Source of the DNA: Candidatus Woesearchaeota archaeon
Lineage (GTDB): Archaea; Nanobdellota; Nanobdellia; Woesearchaeales; ARS49
Assembly: GCA_030750765.1 (NCBI GenBank)
Contig: JASMHM010000001.1
Coordinates: 334,696-398,695 of the forward strand
Length of the DNA: 64,000 nucleotides
Direction of reading: 5' to 3'
Below the pieces are notes generated by a model. The model saw only the letters and a list, made by a program, of their open reading frames with translations, had not been told where the DNA came from and did no database searches. Positions 28,282-37,275 of this stretch are shown here, piece after piece (within the stretch, counting starts at the first letter, position 1; every line of letters begins with the position of its first letter). The position numbers and the translations under genes are program-made.

Positions 28282-29925
28282 TTATGGACCAGGGTTACAG
28301 CGGAAGACCATGCCGGTTTCTACACCCTGAGAATAGAAGCTTGTCTCCTTTGTGCAGGTGTTTACGGCCTCCCATAGGGGTCCTTGCTTGTTTATAGGAG
28401 GGAAGTCCACCCACATGATGGTACCGCCCTTCTTGAACTCTGATTGTAGGTAGCCTGCATTGATGGAAGTATCATTAAAGAAGTCAAGATTTGTCTTTTC
28501 ATACTCATCCAAGTATAACTTTAGCGCCCAGTTCCTAAAAAAGTACAGGTGCTGGTCTGTGGGCGTGGTTTCTTTGACATAGTCAATAGTGTGCTTGGTC
28601 ACTTGGTTGATGTTAGGATGGGTTGTTCCATAAGCAAACTCTTCGATGAGGTAGACGTTCAACACTAAGCTGGTGGCTAACAACAGCGCAAGCGTGGTCT
28701 CCTTATGGGGCAGCACCCAATACGCTATAACCGCGAGTGACGCTATGATAAATGCTAGGGCGATGCTGGAAAAGCTTGCTAAGAAACCAATAGGCCCCGA
28801 GCCGCCATTGAAAGGTATCAAGAACTGCCAGTCCAAAGACATGGCACGTTGTACGTACGCTTCTTTAGGGTAGAAGGGGAGTTGTTCTTGGGTTTGGTTG
28901 GCCCCTACAACCATGACCAGCATTAAGATGGAGAAGAAGGCAAAGCTCTGCCACCATCCTTTAGGCTTTTTGACCGTGACCTTGCTTAACCCGATAAACA
29001 AGAAGGCAGGCATCAGCAGCGTGAAGTATCTATCAAAAGGACTGAAGTTGTCATTCACGAACAAGGTATAGAAAAGGATGAGCAACACCACCCAAACGTA
29101 CCATCTGAAGTGTGCTTTTTCGTATTTTTTTATTCCCATAATGAATAGGGCACCAAAAGGTAGAGCTACCCAAAGCAAAGCGTACAACAGTTGTACAACG
29201 TAGGGCATGATGTGAAATTCTTGGAGCGTTTTCATCGTCATGTTCGCCCCCCTTTCTATCGTGCTGTAGAAATGGTTGCTTTTGGTTGCAAACGAAAGAA
29301 TAGGGAAGATGGCAAAGATGGCGGTGGTGATGAGACCTGCGATAAGACATCGCTTGATGGCCAACTTCCAATCTTTATGATAATACCATTGATCAAGTAA
29401 GAGTAAGGGATAGAAAAGGAAGCATTCGTACCTGCTGAGCATGCCAATGCCGCCTGCGATACCAAAAATGTACAACCATTTCACGTCTTTGGTTTTGTCC
29501 AAGCTAATCATAGCGTACATAGCGAGTAAGAATGCGAACAACATGTTCACACCGTTTAATTCTACTGCTACCGAAGCCCACACGGCATAAACAGAGAAGG
29601 CAAACAATCCAGCAGCCCAGAGCCCTGCCTTCTCATCATACATTCGTTTGCCGATAAGGTACACTAACCAAATGTTGAGCATCCCGAACAGGAGGCTTGC
29701 CAGCCTTGTGGCTAACGTGGCATCAGGGATGAACGTACCAAACAGCTGGTTCATCCATGTTGGCAAGGGAGGCATCTCAAAGTTTTCTATCAAACCTATA
29801 TGGTTAGTAGGCATGGCTCCCGGCACAAACCGGTACTCATCCCCATACACTAAATGCGTAAGTGCAGGCAATCGCACTGCTAGTGCTAACAAGAGGATAA
29901 TCCATAAGACATGCTTTGCTTGCAT
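28282..29925 (-). CDS. GT-C fold membrane glycosyltransferase (ArnT/PMT-like, GT39/GT83-like)
   Basis: TM1 followed by YGDEYRF (DE motif), then more than 10 TM helices. 547 aa. Confidence 0.65.
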   Translation of the reverse strand: MQAKHVLWIILLLALAVRLPALTHLVYGDEYRFVPGAMPTNHIGLIENFEMPPLPTWMNQLFGTFIPDATLATRLASLLFGMLNIWLVYLIGKRMYDEKAGLWAAGLFAFSVYAVWASVAVELNGVNMLFAFLLAMYAMISLDKTKDVKWLYIFGIAGGIGMLSRYECFLFYPLLLLDQWYYHKDWKLAIKRCLIAGLITTAIFAIFPILSFATKSNHFYSTIERGANMTMKTLQEFHIMPYVVQLLYALLWVALPFGALFIMGIKKYEKAHFRWYVWVVLLILFYTLFVNDNFSPFDRYFTLLMPAFLFIGLSKVTVKKPKGWWQSFAFFSILMLVMVVGANQTQEQLPFYPKEAYVQRAMSLDWQFLIPFNGGSGPIGFLASFSSIALAFIIASLAVIAYWVLPHKETTLALLLATSLVLNVYLIEEFAYGTTHPNINQVTKHTIDYVKETTPTDQHLYFFRNWALKLYLDEYEKTNLDFFNDTSINAGYLQSEFKKGGTIMWVDFPPINKQGPLWEAVNTCTKETSFYSQGVETGMVFRCNPGP

Positions 29926-30010
29926 GCATTAAGAGTTAACTGTGCGGTTAAAAGGTTTCTGTAAACCCCCAATCCAATACCTTTTTAAGCGGCCAGCAAG
30001 GTGATAAGGG

Positions 30011-30661
30011 ATGGAGGCGACTAAGAAAGGCTGGGAAAAGCACTGGAAACGCTTGGACACGCCCAGTGCATTCAGCAAATTCGCCCAATTCTTCAGACTC
30101 AACTTCAGAGCTCGTGCAGTCAGACAGGCATTCCGCAAACACTTTCCTGCAACAGGAACGTTTGTGGAAACCGGCAGTGGAAGCTCACAAACAAGCTACA
30201 GAATTCCAAGAGAAGGAAAGACCTTAATCGCGGTTGACTACGCACAAAGACCCCTAGACATCGCCAAGCGCTTTGTGGACAAGACAGTCAAGGCAGACAT
30301 AAGAAAAATGCCCTTCAAGAAGGACAGCATTGATGGTATCTGGAATCTGGGCGTCATGGAACACTTTACAGCGAAGGAAAGAGCAGTCATCTTCAAAGAA
30401 TTTCGCCGAGTGTTGAAGCCCGGAGGCAGGATCGTACTCTTCTGGCCCACACCACACGCTTCTGACAGAATAGTCCTTTCCATGGTAAGTAGCGTGTACC
30501 GCTTCTTTGGTGTTGCGAAGACCTTCTTTCCTGATGAACCAGGAAGAATAACCCCCTGGCAAGCCAGGGCAGAGTTACAGCAGAACAAGTTCAAACCGCA
30601 AGCAGCCTACATGCCCTTTTGGGATTGTTGGACTGAGATGATTGTTGTGGGTGAAAAATGA
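30011..30661 (+). CDS. class I SAM-dependent methyltransferase
   Basis: Motif I VETGSGSS, and VLKPGGRIVLFWP. Confidence 0.65.
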   Translation: MEATKKGWEKHWKRLDTPSAFSKFAQFFRLNFRARAVRQAFRKHFPATGTFVETGSGSSQTSYRIPREGKTLIAVDYAQRPLDIAKRFVDKTVKADIRKMPFKKDSIDGIWNLGVMEHFTAKERAVIFKEFRRVLKPGGRIVLFWPTPHASDRIVLSMVSSVYRFFGVAKTFFPDEPGRITPWQARAELQQNKFKPQAAYMPFWDCWTEMIVVGEK

Positions 30662-31371
30662 AGTTGCGAGACAGGTTTCGTAAGGCACACAACTGGGTAC
30701 CGACTTGCGACAAACTTCTAGACATTGGTGGAGATAAGGGAGATGTTACGAACGAATACTTGCAAAAAGCAAAAGAAGTACACTTGCTAGAGATCAATGC
30801 TGAAGCAGTAAAACATTGCAAGAAACATTTCCCTAAAGTAAAAGCCAAGCAAGGAGAGGCTGAAAAACTTCCGTACTGTAACAACATGTTTGATGTAGTT
30901 GTGATGACCGAAACCTTGGAGCACGTGCAAGATGCGCAGAAAACGATCAGCGAAATCCATAGAGTGTTGAAAAAGGACGGAACCTTGATCATGAGCACAC
31001 CAAACACGGGCTTGTTTGAATTCATGGACGTATTCAACCTCAAATTTCGCTTTCCCTTCCTGTTTAGGATGGTAAAAGGAGAACAGGCTGCGAAGTCCTA
31101 CACGCAAGAGCCAGATTGGCACAGACATTACTCCTTGCAACAATACAAACGATTGCTCAAAGAAGATTTTGGCATACAGAAGGTGCACAGAGGAGGGTTC
31201 TTTGTGTGGCCACTACTCTGGTTTGTCCAAGACGGCATCCTGCACTTCCTTTTCGAAAAAAACCCAACATGGGTAGACGCCATCAAGAACACACTCATGG
31301 AGTTAGACTTTAGTATTGACTACGGATCGTTCGCCTTCAACATCATGATACGAGCGAAAAAGATTTCTTGA
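30658..31371 (+). CDS. class I SAM-dependent methyltransferase
   Basis: LLDIGGDKG, DVVVMTETLEH and VLKKDGTLIMSTPN motifs. Confidence 0.7.
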   Translation: MKLRDRFRKAHNWVPTCDKLLDIGGDKGDVTNEYLQKAKEVHLLEINAEAVKHCKKHFPKVKAKQGEAEKLPYCNNMFDVVVMTETLEHVQDAQKTISEIHRVLKKDGTLIMSTPNTGLFEFMDVFNLKFRFPFLFRMVKGEQAAKSYTQEPDWHRHYSLQQYKRLLKEDFGIQKVHRGGFFVWPLLWFVQDGILHFLFEKNPTWVDAIKNTLMELDFSIDYGSFAFNIMIRAKKIS

Positions 31372-32284
31372 ACAAGGGCAACGTTTTTGCCTTGGTAAAC
31401 CTACTAGCAATCTTTCTTGCCTTACGAGATAATTTGGTTTGGTTGAGAAGTACGAACTCATACGCCACTACAGTGTCTGCCACGGTGTTGACCACTAACC
31501 TTGGAGAGAGTTCTCTTACCGCTTCTTTGTAGCCACACTGCTCTGTTACGATAGGTGTGAAGCCTGCAGCCATTGCCTCTATGATGTTGATCCCTGCAGG
31601 TTCTAGGCGAGCAAGATTAGCGTACACCCCACACTTTTCCAAGATTTTCTCAGGGCGAGGAACCTTTCCTGTAACAATGATTCCTGCCTCTTGACTGATC
31701 CAGGATAACTCACGCGATAAAGTTCCAACCAAGTACAAGTCCAGGTCGTGCTTGCTTTGCAAGGCGGTTGCTAACGCCGCCAATCTGTCCACACCCTTTT
31801 TCATGTTAAGATGCGGCCCTATGAAACAAAGGTTCTTGTTCTTCGCTGGTTTGATCTTTGCGTATGGTGTCGTGTCTACATACGGAGGCACGATGGAACG
31901 GGAAGCCTTCCAAGCCACATGATCGTCCATGAACCCGCTAGTGCTTATGATATTGGTGACTAGCTTGCCCGCCATATCAAACAATCCACGCACTACAAAA
32001 TTCCACTGCGTTCTTTCGATGAAAAAGGGGTCAGAATTGATAGCCACGACCTTAAACTTTCCAAACAAACGCTTCAATAACAAACCCGAGACCATCATCG
32101 GACTCTCAATCAAGTAAACATCCGCCTTTGGCAGGAATAACCCCCTAATAAACACATAAGCATGCATGAGTATGCCTGTGTTCTTTGCCCAACGTGGGGC
32201 AAAGCTAACAAATTGGGCATGCTGGCTCTTTGCCCAAGCCTCATGCACAGGATGAGGATCAAAATACAAGAACACAACCTTCAT
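31343..32284 (-). CDS. glycosyltransferase family 4 (GT-B, group 1)
   Basis: C-terminal EPAGINIIEAMAAGFTPIV (E-x7-E-like region). ATG at 32284 (MKVVFLYF) chosen over the track's TTG at 32302. Confidence 0.7.
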   Translation of the reverse strand: MKVVFLYFDPHPVHEAWAKSQHAQFVSFAPRWAKNTGILMHAYVFIRGLFLPKADVYLIESPMMVSGLLLKRLFGKFKVVAINSDPFFIERTQWNFVVRGLFDMAGKLVTNIISTSGFMDDHVAWKASRSIVPPYVDTTPYAKIKPAKNKNLCFIGPHLNMKKGVDRLAALATALQSKHDLDLYLVGTLSRELSWISQEAGIIVTGKVPRPEKILEKCGVYANLARLEPAGINIIEAMAAGFTPIVTEQCGYKEAVRELSPRLVVNTVADTVVAYEFVLLNQTKLSRKARKIASRFTKAKTLPLFKKSFSLVS

Positions 32285-33741
32285 ACGTTCCTTACATCCC
32301 AAACCTTTAGTGACATCCTCCCAATCCTAAAGGACTGGGCTTCCAGTTAAAAACCTTTTGCTGGAGGGTTCCTGCTTCACAGACTGACTTACCCCGAGAG
32401 GTAGCGGTCCTGTCTCTACAGGCGTGAATTCGGGCAAGCCCTGCCCTACTGCTCTCTTCAATATTTCCAAAGCGGAATTGAAATCTCTATCCATAACAAA
32501 ACCACATTCACACTCGTGCGTTCTCTGTGATAACTCTTTCTTTTCTTTCCTTCCACATGCTGAGCACGTTTGTGTTGTTCCTCTGGGGTCTACTTTGATT
32601 ACTCGAGTGCCCGCACTTTCGGCCTTGTACTCAAGCATTCTAACAAAGCAAGCCCAAGAAGCATCCATAATATTCCTTGCATTAAACGATGAGCGAATCA
32701 TTCCATGTATGTTCAAGGCCTCAACAGCAATAAAAGTATATGTTTTTGCATACCCACGTGAAAGCTTGTGGAGAAAATCATTGCGCTGGTCAACGATTTT
32801 TTCGTGGACTCTCGCAACTCTCCTCTTTTGTTTTTCTCTGTTTCGAGAACCTTTTTTTGTTCTGGAGAGTCGTTTTTGTGCTCTTCTCAATCGCTTCAAA
32901 CTCTTTCCCAAAATTTTTGGACTGTCTTCCCGATGCCCATCGCTGTCAAACACGAAATTGGTTATGCCCAGATCAATACCGACAGCTTTCTCGTCACGAG
33001 CCGGCAGAGGTTTCGTAGTTGATTCTGCGGCAACAAATGCAAACCACCTCCCGCTCGCATGTTTTTTGATGGTGACTTGTTTAATCTTTCCTTCAATCTC
33101 ACGATGCATGATGAAGGGAATTTTGTCAATTTTGGAAAGATGGAGTAAGTCGTAGCGTGTGTTTCGTGGGATGATTTTGAATCCGGATTGGTTGTACGTG
33201 AAGGTTTTGAACCAGGCCTTGCCTTTGAATCTTAGCTTGCCTACCTTCATTCCCTTCCTCTTCAGACCAGACAGCACTCTTAGGTGAGCAAACAAACGAT
33301 AATTCTCATACTGTAAAACTTTTGAATATGCATCACACAATTCAGGATGTTTTCTTTTAATCTCTAAGATAAAATGTTGCAGATCCACCTGTTTAATCTT
33401 CTTTTTGCTAAATCGTTCCAGCAAGGCGTCGTACACAAAACGACACCTGTCAAGCGTCCACAATAATTTCTTCTCTTGAGGGGGTGTTGGGTACAACCGA
33501 AATTTATACGTTCTTATCATACAAACTTTAGCAAGATTTACACCCCTATATGCTTCACGCACGCATGTCCAGTGTCCAGTGACTCCGACGAGAAAAACCG
33601 GAAATCTTCCGGGAAAATAGCCTAAAGAATAGAGTAATCGACCGGTATGCCCTAACACAAACAACGAAGCAAAAGTAGGATTTATAAAAGTACGAATGAC
33701 CCACACCATACCTTTTTAAGGAACCGACGAGGTGTTGATGA
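32285..33741 (-). mobile_element. IS1341-type (solo tnpB) insertion; element ends not defined
   Basis: tnpB without an adjacent tnpA (no HuH motif ORF nearby). Inserted in the divergent intergenic region between the GT4 and methyltransferase genes. Confidence 0.35.
32327..33520 (-). CDS. tnpB: IS200/IS605-family TnpB (OrfB) RNA-guided endonuclease-like protein
   Basis: N-terminus MIRTYKFRLYPT is an OrfB_IS605 hallmark. RuvC-like region, and C-terminal zinc finger CSACG...CECG. The track's N-terminal extension (to 33709) is rejected. Confidence 0.8.
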   Translation of the reverse strand: MIRTYKFRLYPTPPQEKKLLWTLDRCRFVYDALLERFSKKKIKQVDLQHFILEIKRKHPELCDAYSKVLQYENYRLFAHLRVLSGLKRKGMKVGKLRFKGKAWFKTFTYNQSGFKIIPRNTRYDLLHLSKIDKIPFIMHREIEGKIKQVTIKKHASGRWFAFVAAESTTKPLPARDEKAVGIDLGITNFVFDSDGHREDSPKILGKSLKRLRRAQKRLSRTKKGSRNREKQKRRVARVHEKIVDQRNDFLHKLSRGYAKTYTFIAVEALNIHGMIRSSFNARNIMDASWACFVRMLEYKAESAGTRVIKVDPRGTTQTCSACGRKEKKELSQRTHECECGFVMDRDFNSALEILKRAVGQGLPEFTPVETGPLPLGVSQSVKQEPSSKRFLTGSPVL

Positions 33742-34410
33742 ATGAGGATATCGAAAGAGGAGCATTGGGAGCAACAGCAGCAAGAAGAGTTCAAAACAAG
33801 AAAGGAAGGAACCACGCTGGCACAAAGCAAGAAGGCAGCTTACTTTATTGATATTCTCAAGAAGCATCAAGCTAAGAAAGTGTTGGATCTTGGTTGCAAT
33901 GATGGCGGTTTTACCATGCGATTGGAGCAAGAAGGTTTTGAGGCCATAGGTATGGACCTGCCCGATGTCGTCAAACACGCACAACAAAGCTTTCCCAAGG
34001 GTCATTTTGTTGCTGGCAGCGGAGAGAAGAAGTTTCCCTTCAAAGATGGAAGCTTTGATGCCATTATTGCGTCCGAAATCATCGAGCACATCCAGGAAGA
34101 CAAGCAATTCATTGAAGAATGCAAACGCATACTCAAGAAAGGAGGGATGCTGATAATGGCCACCCCAAATCCAGAGTACGCCATCCATGTTTGGCTGCGC
34201 ATGCTAGGTTACAAATGGGACAAAGGTCAGGACATGCACGCCAGAGAGTACACCTGGGAAGAGTTCAAGACCTTGCTCTCCCCCCTTTCGAACGTCACCA
34301 TCAAAGGCATTCCGTTCTCATACATCGATCACAAGAGCAAAGTAGGCTGGATTGAACGCTTTCTTGCAGACAGACAGAAACATACCTTGGTTGCTGTTGG
34401 GGTGCGATAG
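33742..34410 (+). CDS. class I SAM-dependent methyltransferase
   Basis: VLDLGCNDGGFT, DAIIASEIIEH and ILKKGGMLIMATPN motifs. TATA tttataaaag ~55 nt upstream. Confidence 0.75.
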   Translation: MRISKEEHWEQQQQEEFKTRKEGTTLAQSKKAAYFIDILKKHQAKKVLDLGCNDGGFTMRLEQEGFEAIGMDLPDVVKHAQQSFPKGHFVAGSGEKKFPFKDGSFDAIIASEIIEHIQEDKQFIEECKRILKKGGMLIMATPNPEYAIHVWLRMLGYKWDKGQDMHAREYTWEEFKTLLSPLSNVTIKGIPFSYIDHKSKVGWIERFLADRQKHTLVAVGVR

Positions 34411-34440
34411 GTTTAAAAGACAGTCCTCTTTTGTAGTATT

Positions 34441-34650
34441 GTGAGTGGAGTAACTGAATTTATAGATAATCCGACTTATTTTGGTAGAGATACCGACGGC
34501 GTTTCACTGACCGACCATAGCGAGACTTTCGCCCTCAACGAAGAAGGCGATGTGGATTGGGAAAGTATTGTAGAAGACGCCAGTAGAGAAAGCGAGTCGC
34601 GCAGGACTCGAGATGTCAGAGCCGTGTATCAGCGAATCGTCTCGCAATAG
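34441..34650 (+). CDS. small acidic hypothetical protein (69 aa)
   Basis: GTG start 22 nt after the TATA-like tttaaaag. Very acidic (D/E-rich) composition. Ends immediately before the 5S promoter. Confidence 0.3.
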   Translation: MSGVTEFIDNPTYFGRDTDGVSLTDHSETFALNEEGDVDWESIVEDASRESESRRTRDVRAVYQRIVSQ

Positions 34651-34652
34651 GT

Positions 34653-34660
34653 TTATAAAG
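34653..34660 (+). promoter_or_regulatory. TATA box of 5S rRNA promoter
   Basis: tttataaa positioned ~20-27 nt upstream of the 5S 5-prime end. Confidence 0.45.
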
Positions 34661-34678
34661 GACGTTCTTGTAGATTGC

Positions 34679-34795
34679 TTAGACGGCCATAGGGAGTGGG
34701 TCCCACCCGGTCTCATTCGAACCCGGAAGTTAAACCACTTTCCGTACCGGTCTGTACTGCGCTTTAGGTGTGGGAAAACCGGTAAGCTGTCACCC
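34679..34795 (+). rRNA. rrf: 5S ribosomal RNA (archaeal type)
   Basis: GGCCATAGGGAG...CACCCGGTCTCATTCGAACCCGGAAGTTAAAC matches the universally conserved 5S loop C/helix III region (cf. Sulfolobus CACCCGGACTCATTTCGAACCCGGAAGTTAAG). Helix I pairing occurs between the ends. Followed by TTTTTT. Confidence 0.8.
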
Positions 34796-34799
34796 TTTT

Positions 34800-35108
34800 T
34801 TATATTGGATCTAGCAAAGGTGTCTTTGCAGGTGCATACTTTGAAGCTGCAGCCATCAAAACGTTTGTTGCAACGCCTGCGATGAGCACACTCGGATAGT
34901 ACATCACGTTGAGCGCGATACCAGATAGCGCACCAACAGCGTATCCCATTCTTTGGTACCATCGAGAACCACCTCTTGCAGAGCGCATTGCTGCTCCACC
35001 TACGGTGTATCTTCCAGTGAGAATCGTGGTAGCCGTTCCTAAGGCATCTAGCGTTGTAACCAATCCTTTACCTGCTGCCGCAAGTGTGTCGGGTAATCGT
35101 GGGCTCAT
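34800..35108 (-). CDS. small glycine-zipper-like membrane protein (~100 aa)
   Basis: Gly/Ala-rich hydrophobic C-terminal half (GYAVGALSGIAL...AGVATNVLMAAA). ATG ~25 nt from a palindromic TATA (cttataaatt) shared with the divergent pcm gene. Confidence 0.3.
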   Translation of the reverse strand: MSPRLPDTLAAAGKGLVTTLDALGTATTILTGRYTVGGAAMRSARGGSRWYQRMGYAVGALSGIALNVMYYPSVLIAGVATNVLMAAASKYAPAKTPLLDPI

Positions 35109-35159
35109 AGAGAGTAGTAGTGTACTCACCCTTATAAATTTAGTGCTGATTTTCTTGCT

Positions 35160-35843
35160 ATGCAGTTTTTGGGTGATTTCATGAAGCAATGTAGCCTTGT
35201 ACCCAGCAGTCGGACGTTTGAAAGCATGCATGAATTGGTTTCAGTCATGCGTGAAGTTAACGATCTGTTCAAAAAACCAGTATCAGAACCCGTTCTGGAC
35301 GCTGTTGAAAAGGTCGATAGAAAAATATACTCAGGCACCTACGACATGCGGCCTCCTGCCATACCTTGCGGTCAGACCATGACCGCTCCGTACTTGCATG
35401 CTGCGTACGCAGAGGTACTCTCACAGCACTTACCAAAAGCGTGCAAGATCTTAGAGGTGGGAAGCGGTACAGGCACTCAAGCAGCCATCTATGCTAAGGC
35501 AATGCCTGGTGCGATCGTTATAACTTCGGACGTTCATGAAAAACTTGTTGAAGAATCTAACAGACATTTCGGAAGGGAAGGGCTGAGCGCAAGCGCACTG
35601 CATGTTGCTCCTGGAAGCTTGGACAAGGCACGCATGTTTGCTCCCTTTGACGCTATTACGTTCGCGTGCAATATCTCAGAAGACCGAGTGAAGGAATACG
35701 CACCGATGGCAAAGACATGCCTGTTGGCCCCAGTCACTATGCCCGAACAAGGACCACACGTAGCGATGTTAACCTTGATGAACCCCACGGGGACCGTCAT
35801 GATGGAGTTGGGCGGCGCAATGTTTGTTCCCTTTCAAGAATAG
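35160..35843 (+). CDS. pcm: protein-L-isoaspartate O-methyltransferase (PIMT)
   Basis: CGQTMTAPYLHA and ILEVGSGTGTQAA motifs. TATA 20-27 nt upstream. Confidence 0.7.
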   Translation: MQFLGDFMKQCSLVPSSRTFESMHELVSVMREVNDLFKKPVSEPVLDAVEKVDRKIYSGTYDMRPPAIPCGQTMTAPYLHAAYAEVLSQHLPKACKILEVGSGTGTQAAIYAKAMPGAIVITSDVHEKLVEESNRHFGREGLSASALHVAPGSLDKARMFAPFDAITFACNISEDRVKEYAPMAKTCLLAPVTMPEQGPHVAMLTLMNPTGTVMMELGGAMFVPFQE

Positions 35844-36220
35844 CTAAAGTACAACAAGAGAATGTTTGCTAGGTAGATTGCTCCACACACCAAACAATAA
35901 TACTTCACTTTGGTGTGCATAACCCATGCTAGATAGAGGCTTCCTGCTACTGCCAACCAAGCAAGATAACGAACGTACAATGCTTGTTGGGCATGGACCA
36001 GGACAAGCACGAAGATATAGAAAACAACTCCCCACACAGGGTTCTTCACCCCAAACGTTTTGGAGTAAGGACTTGATAGAACTTTACTACAGCGCACCTT
36101 ACTAGAGATGTCACATACCGCCGGCCCTTTGGACGCCTTTCCCTCTACGTAGAAAGCGTACAATGATAATAGCAAGCCTGCGCTGGCAACAATGGTAAGC
36201 GGATCCATACCCAAACTCAC
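35834..36220 (-). CDS. vitamin K epoxide reductase (VKOR) family membrane protein
   Basis: Loop Cys pair CDISSKVRC and active-site CLVCGAIY (CxxC), with four TM segments. Confidence 0.65.
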   Translation of the reverse strand: MSLGMDPLTIVASAGLLLSLYAFYVEGKASKGPAVCDISSKVRCSKVLSSPYSKTFGVKNPVWGVVFYIFVLVLVHAQQALYVRYLAWLAVAGSLYLAWVMHTKVKYYCLVCGAIYLANILLLYFSYS

Positions 36221-37245
36221 TCCTCCAAGTATATAATAATTTCTTTGTTCTTCTCATCCACTTCTTTGAGCAAAGGTTTGGCGTTCTTCACAAACTCCTT
36301 CCAATGCGGTCCTTTGTATTGCTTTTGGACCTCTTTCAACAACCCGTCGACCTTTTGATAGTGTTCATACAAGATTTCTGCCTTGCGATGGTAGTCCTGC
36401 TCTTCCTTTTGCAATTCCTCCACGCGCTTTTCTTGCATCATAACTGCCTTTTCCATTTTTTTCTTGAATTTCTCTGCTTCTGGGTCCACGTCAGACTTTT
36501 TGAGCAACGGTCTCATAATGACATCAATGGCTTCGCTCATCGTGTCGTACGCATTGCCTCCTTCCACTGAAAAGAGCGTGATCAGTCCGTCTTTGACGTG
36601 AGGTTTGCTTTCCTCGAGCACGCCATGCAATGCTTTGAGTATGATCTCAGGATCTGCTTGGAGCGCGTGCGGGCTTACGTCTGCTCTTCTGCACACTTCT
36701 TCTGCATACCGCTTTCCTAGACCTAGTTGTGCTAGGGTTTTGCTGACCGGCTCACCTCCTAACTTGAGCTTTCTGATAGCGTACAGGTTCTCTCGTTCTG
36801 GAGGATCGTACTTCTCTCCTACACCAATGGTTCTTTGTTCAAAAGCTATGGAGAACTGTGCTGCCTTGATGACGTCCTCCACAAGCAAAATGTTTCCTTT
36901 TCCGTAGAGTTCTATGTATAATGCGGCATCTCGAAAGCTTATCTTGAGGATGCGTTCGCTGCCTATCTGCTCAATCTCTTCTATCCTGCGATTGTTCAAT
37001 AGTTTCCGTAATTGCGTACAAAAACCCCCCACTTTTTCTGGTGCCTCTTCTTTGTCCTTAGACAGCCATCCTACGTGGGGTAGGATGTGTAAGTATGCTT
37101 TCTTTCCTTTGCGTAGTTGGAAGAGGAGATGTTGGCGTTCGTACTGGTAGACGTTGTCTATGTACGCTCCGACAAAGGGTTGTAGCTCCTTCGCAAGCTG
37201 TCCTACCTCTATGGCGTTGAGCTGCAAAGTGAGGAGTGCTGTCAT
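36217..37245 (-). CDS. NFACT-N domain protein (RqcH/Tae2/FbpA-like), truncated form
   Basis: N-terminal NFACT-N-like region (QLNAIEVGQLAKEL...), an HhH-like segment, then a Lys/Glu-rich coiled coil. Only 342 aa versus ~600 aa for full-length NFACT proteins. Confidence 0.5.
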   Translation of the reverse strand: MTALLTLQLNAIEVGQLAKELQPFVGAYIDNVYQYERQHLLFQLRKGKKAYLHILPHVGWLSKDKEEAPEKVGGFCTQLRKLLNNRRIEEIEQIGSERILKISFRDAALYIELYGKGNILLVEDVIKAAQFSIAFEQRTIGVGEKYDPPERENLYAIRKLKLGGEPVSKTLAQLGLGKRYAEEVCRRADVSPHALQADPEIILKALHGVLEESKPHVKDGLITLFSVEGGNAYDTMSEAIDVIMRPLLKKSDVDPEAEKFKKKMEKAVMMQEKRVEELQKEEQDYHRKAEILYEHYQKVDGLLKEVQKQYKGPHWKEFVKNAKPLLKEVDEKNKEIIIYLEE

Positions 37246-37275
37246 GCTTGGTAGGAGATGTTGGTCTATAAAAAG

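Noticed and set aside
32327-33709. Extended 460-aa TnpB with a 63-aa N-terminal leader
   Set aside because: The OrfB family N-terminus MIRTYKFRLYP begins at the ATG at 33520. The upstream extension is hydrophobic junk that likely lies in the IS left end.
34505-34520. 5S-like CCATAGCGAG fragment upstream of the true 5S
   Set aside because: It lacks the loop-C CCGAAC...GAAGTTAAG core and lies within the small acidic ORF.
34504-34962. 152-aa minus-strand ORF and 90-aa plus-strand ORF over 34613-34885
   Set aside because: Both overlap the 5S rRNA gene and so are spurious.
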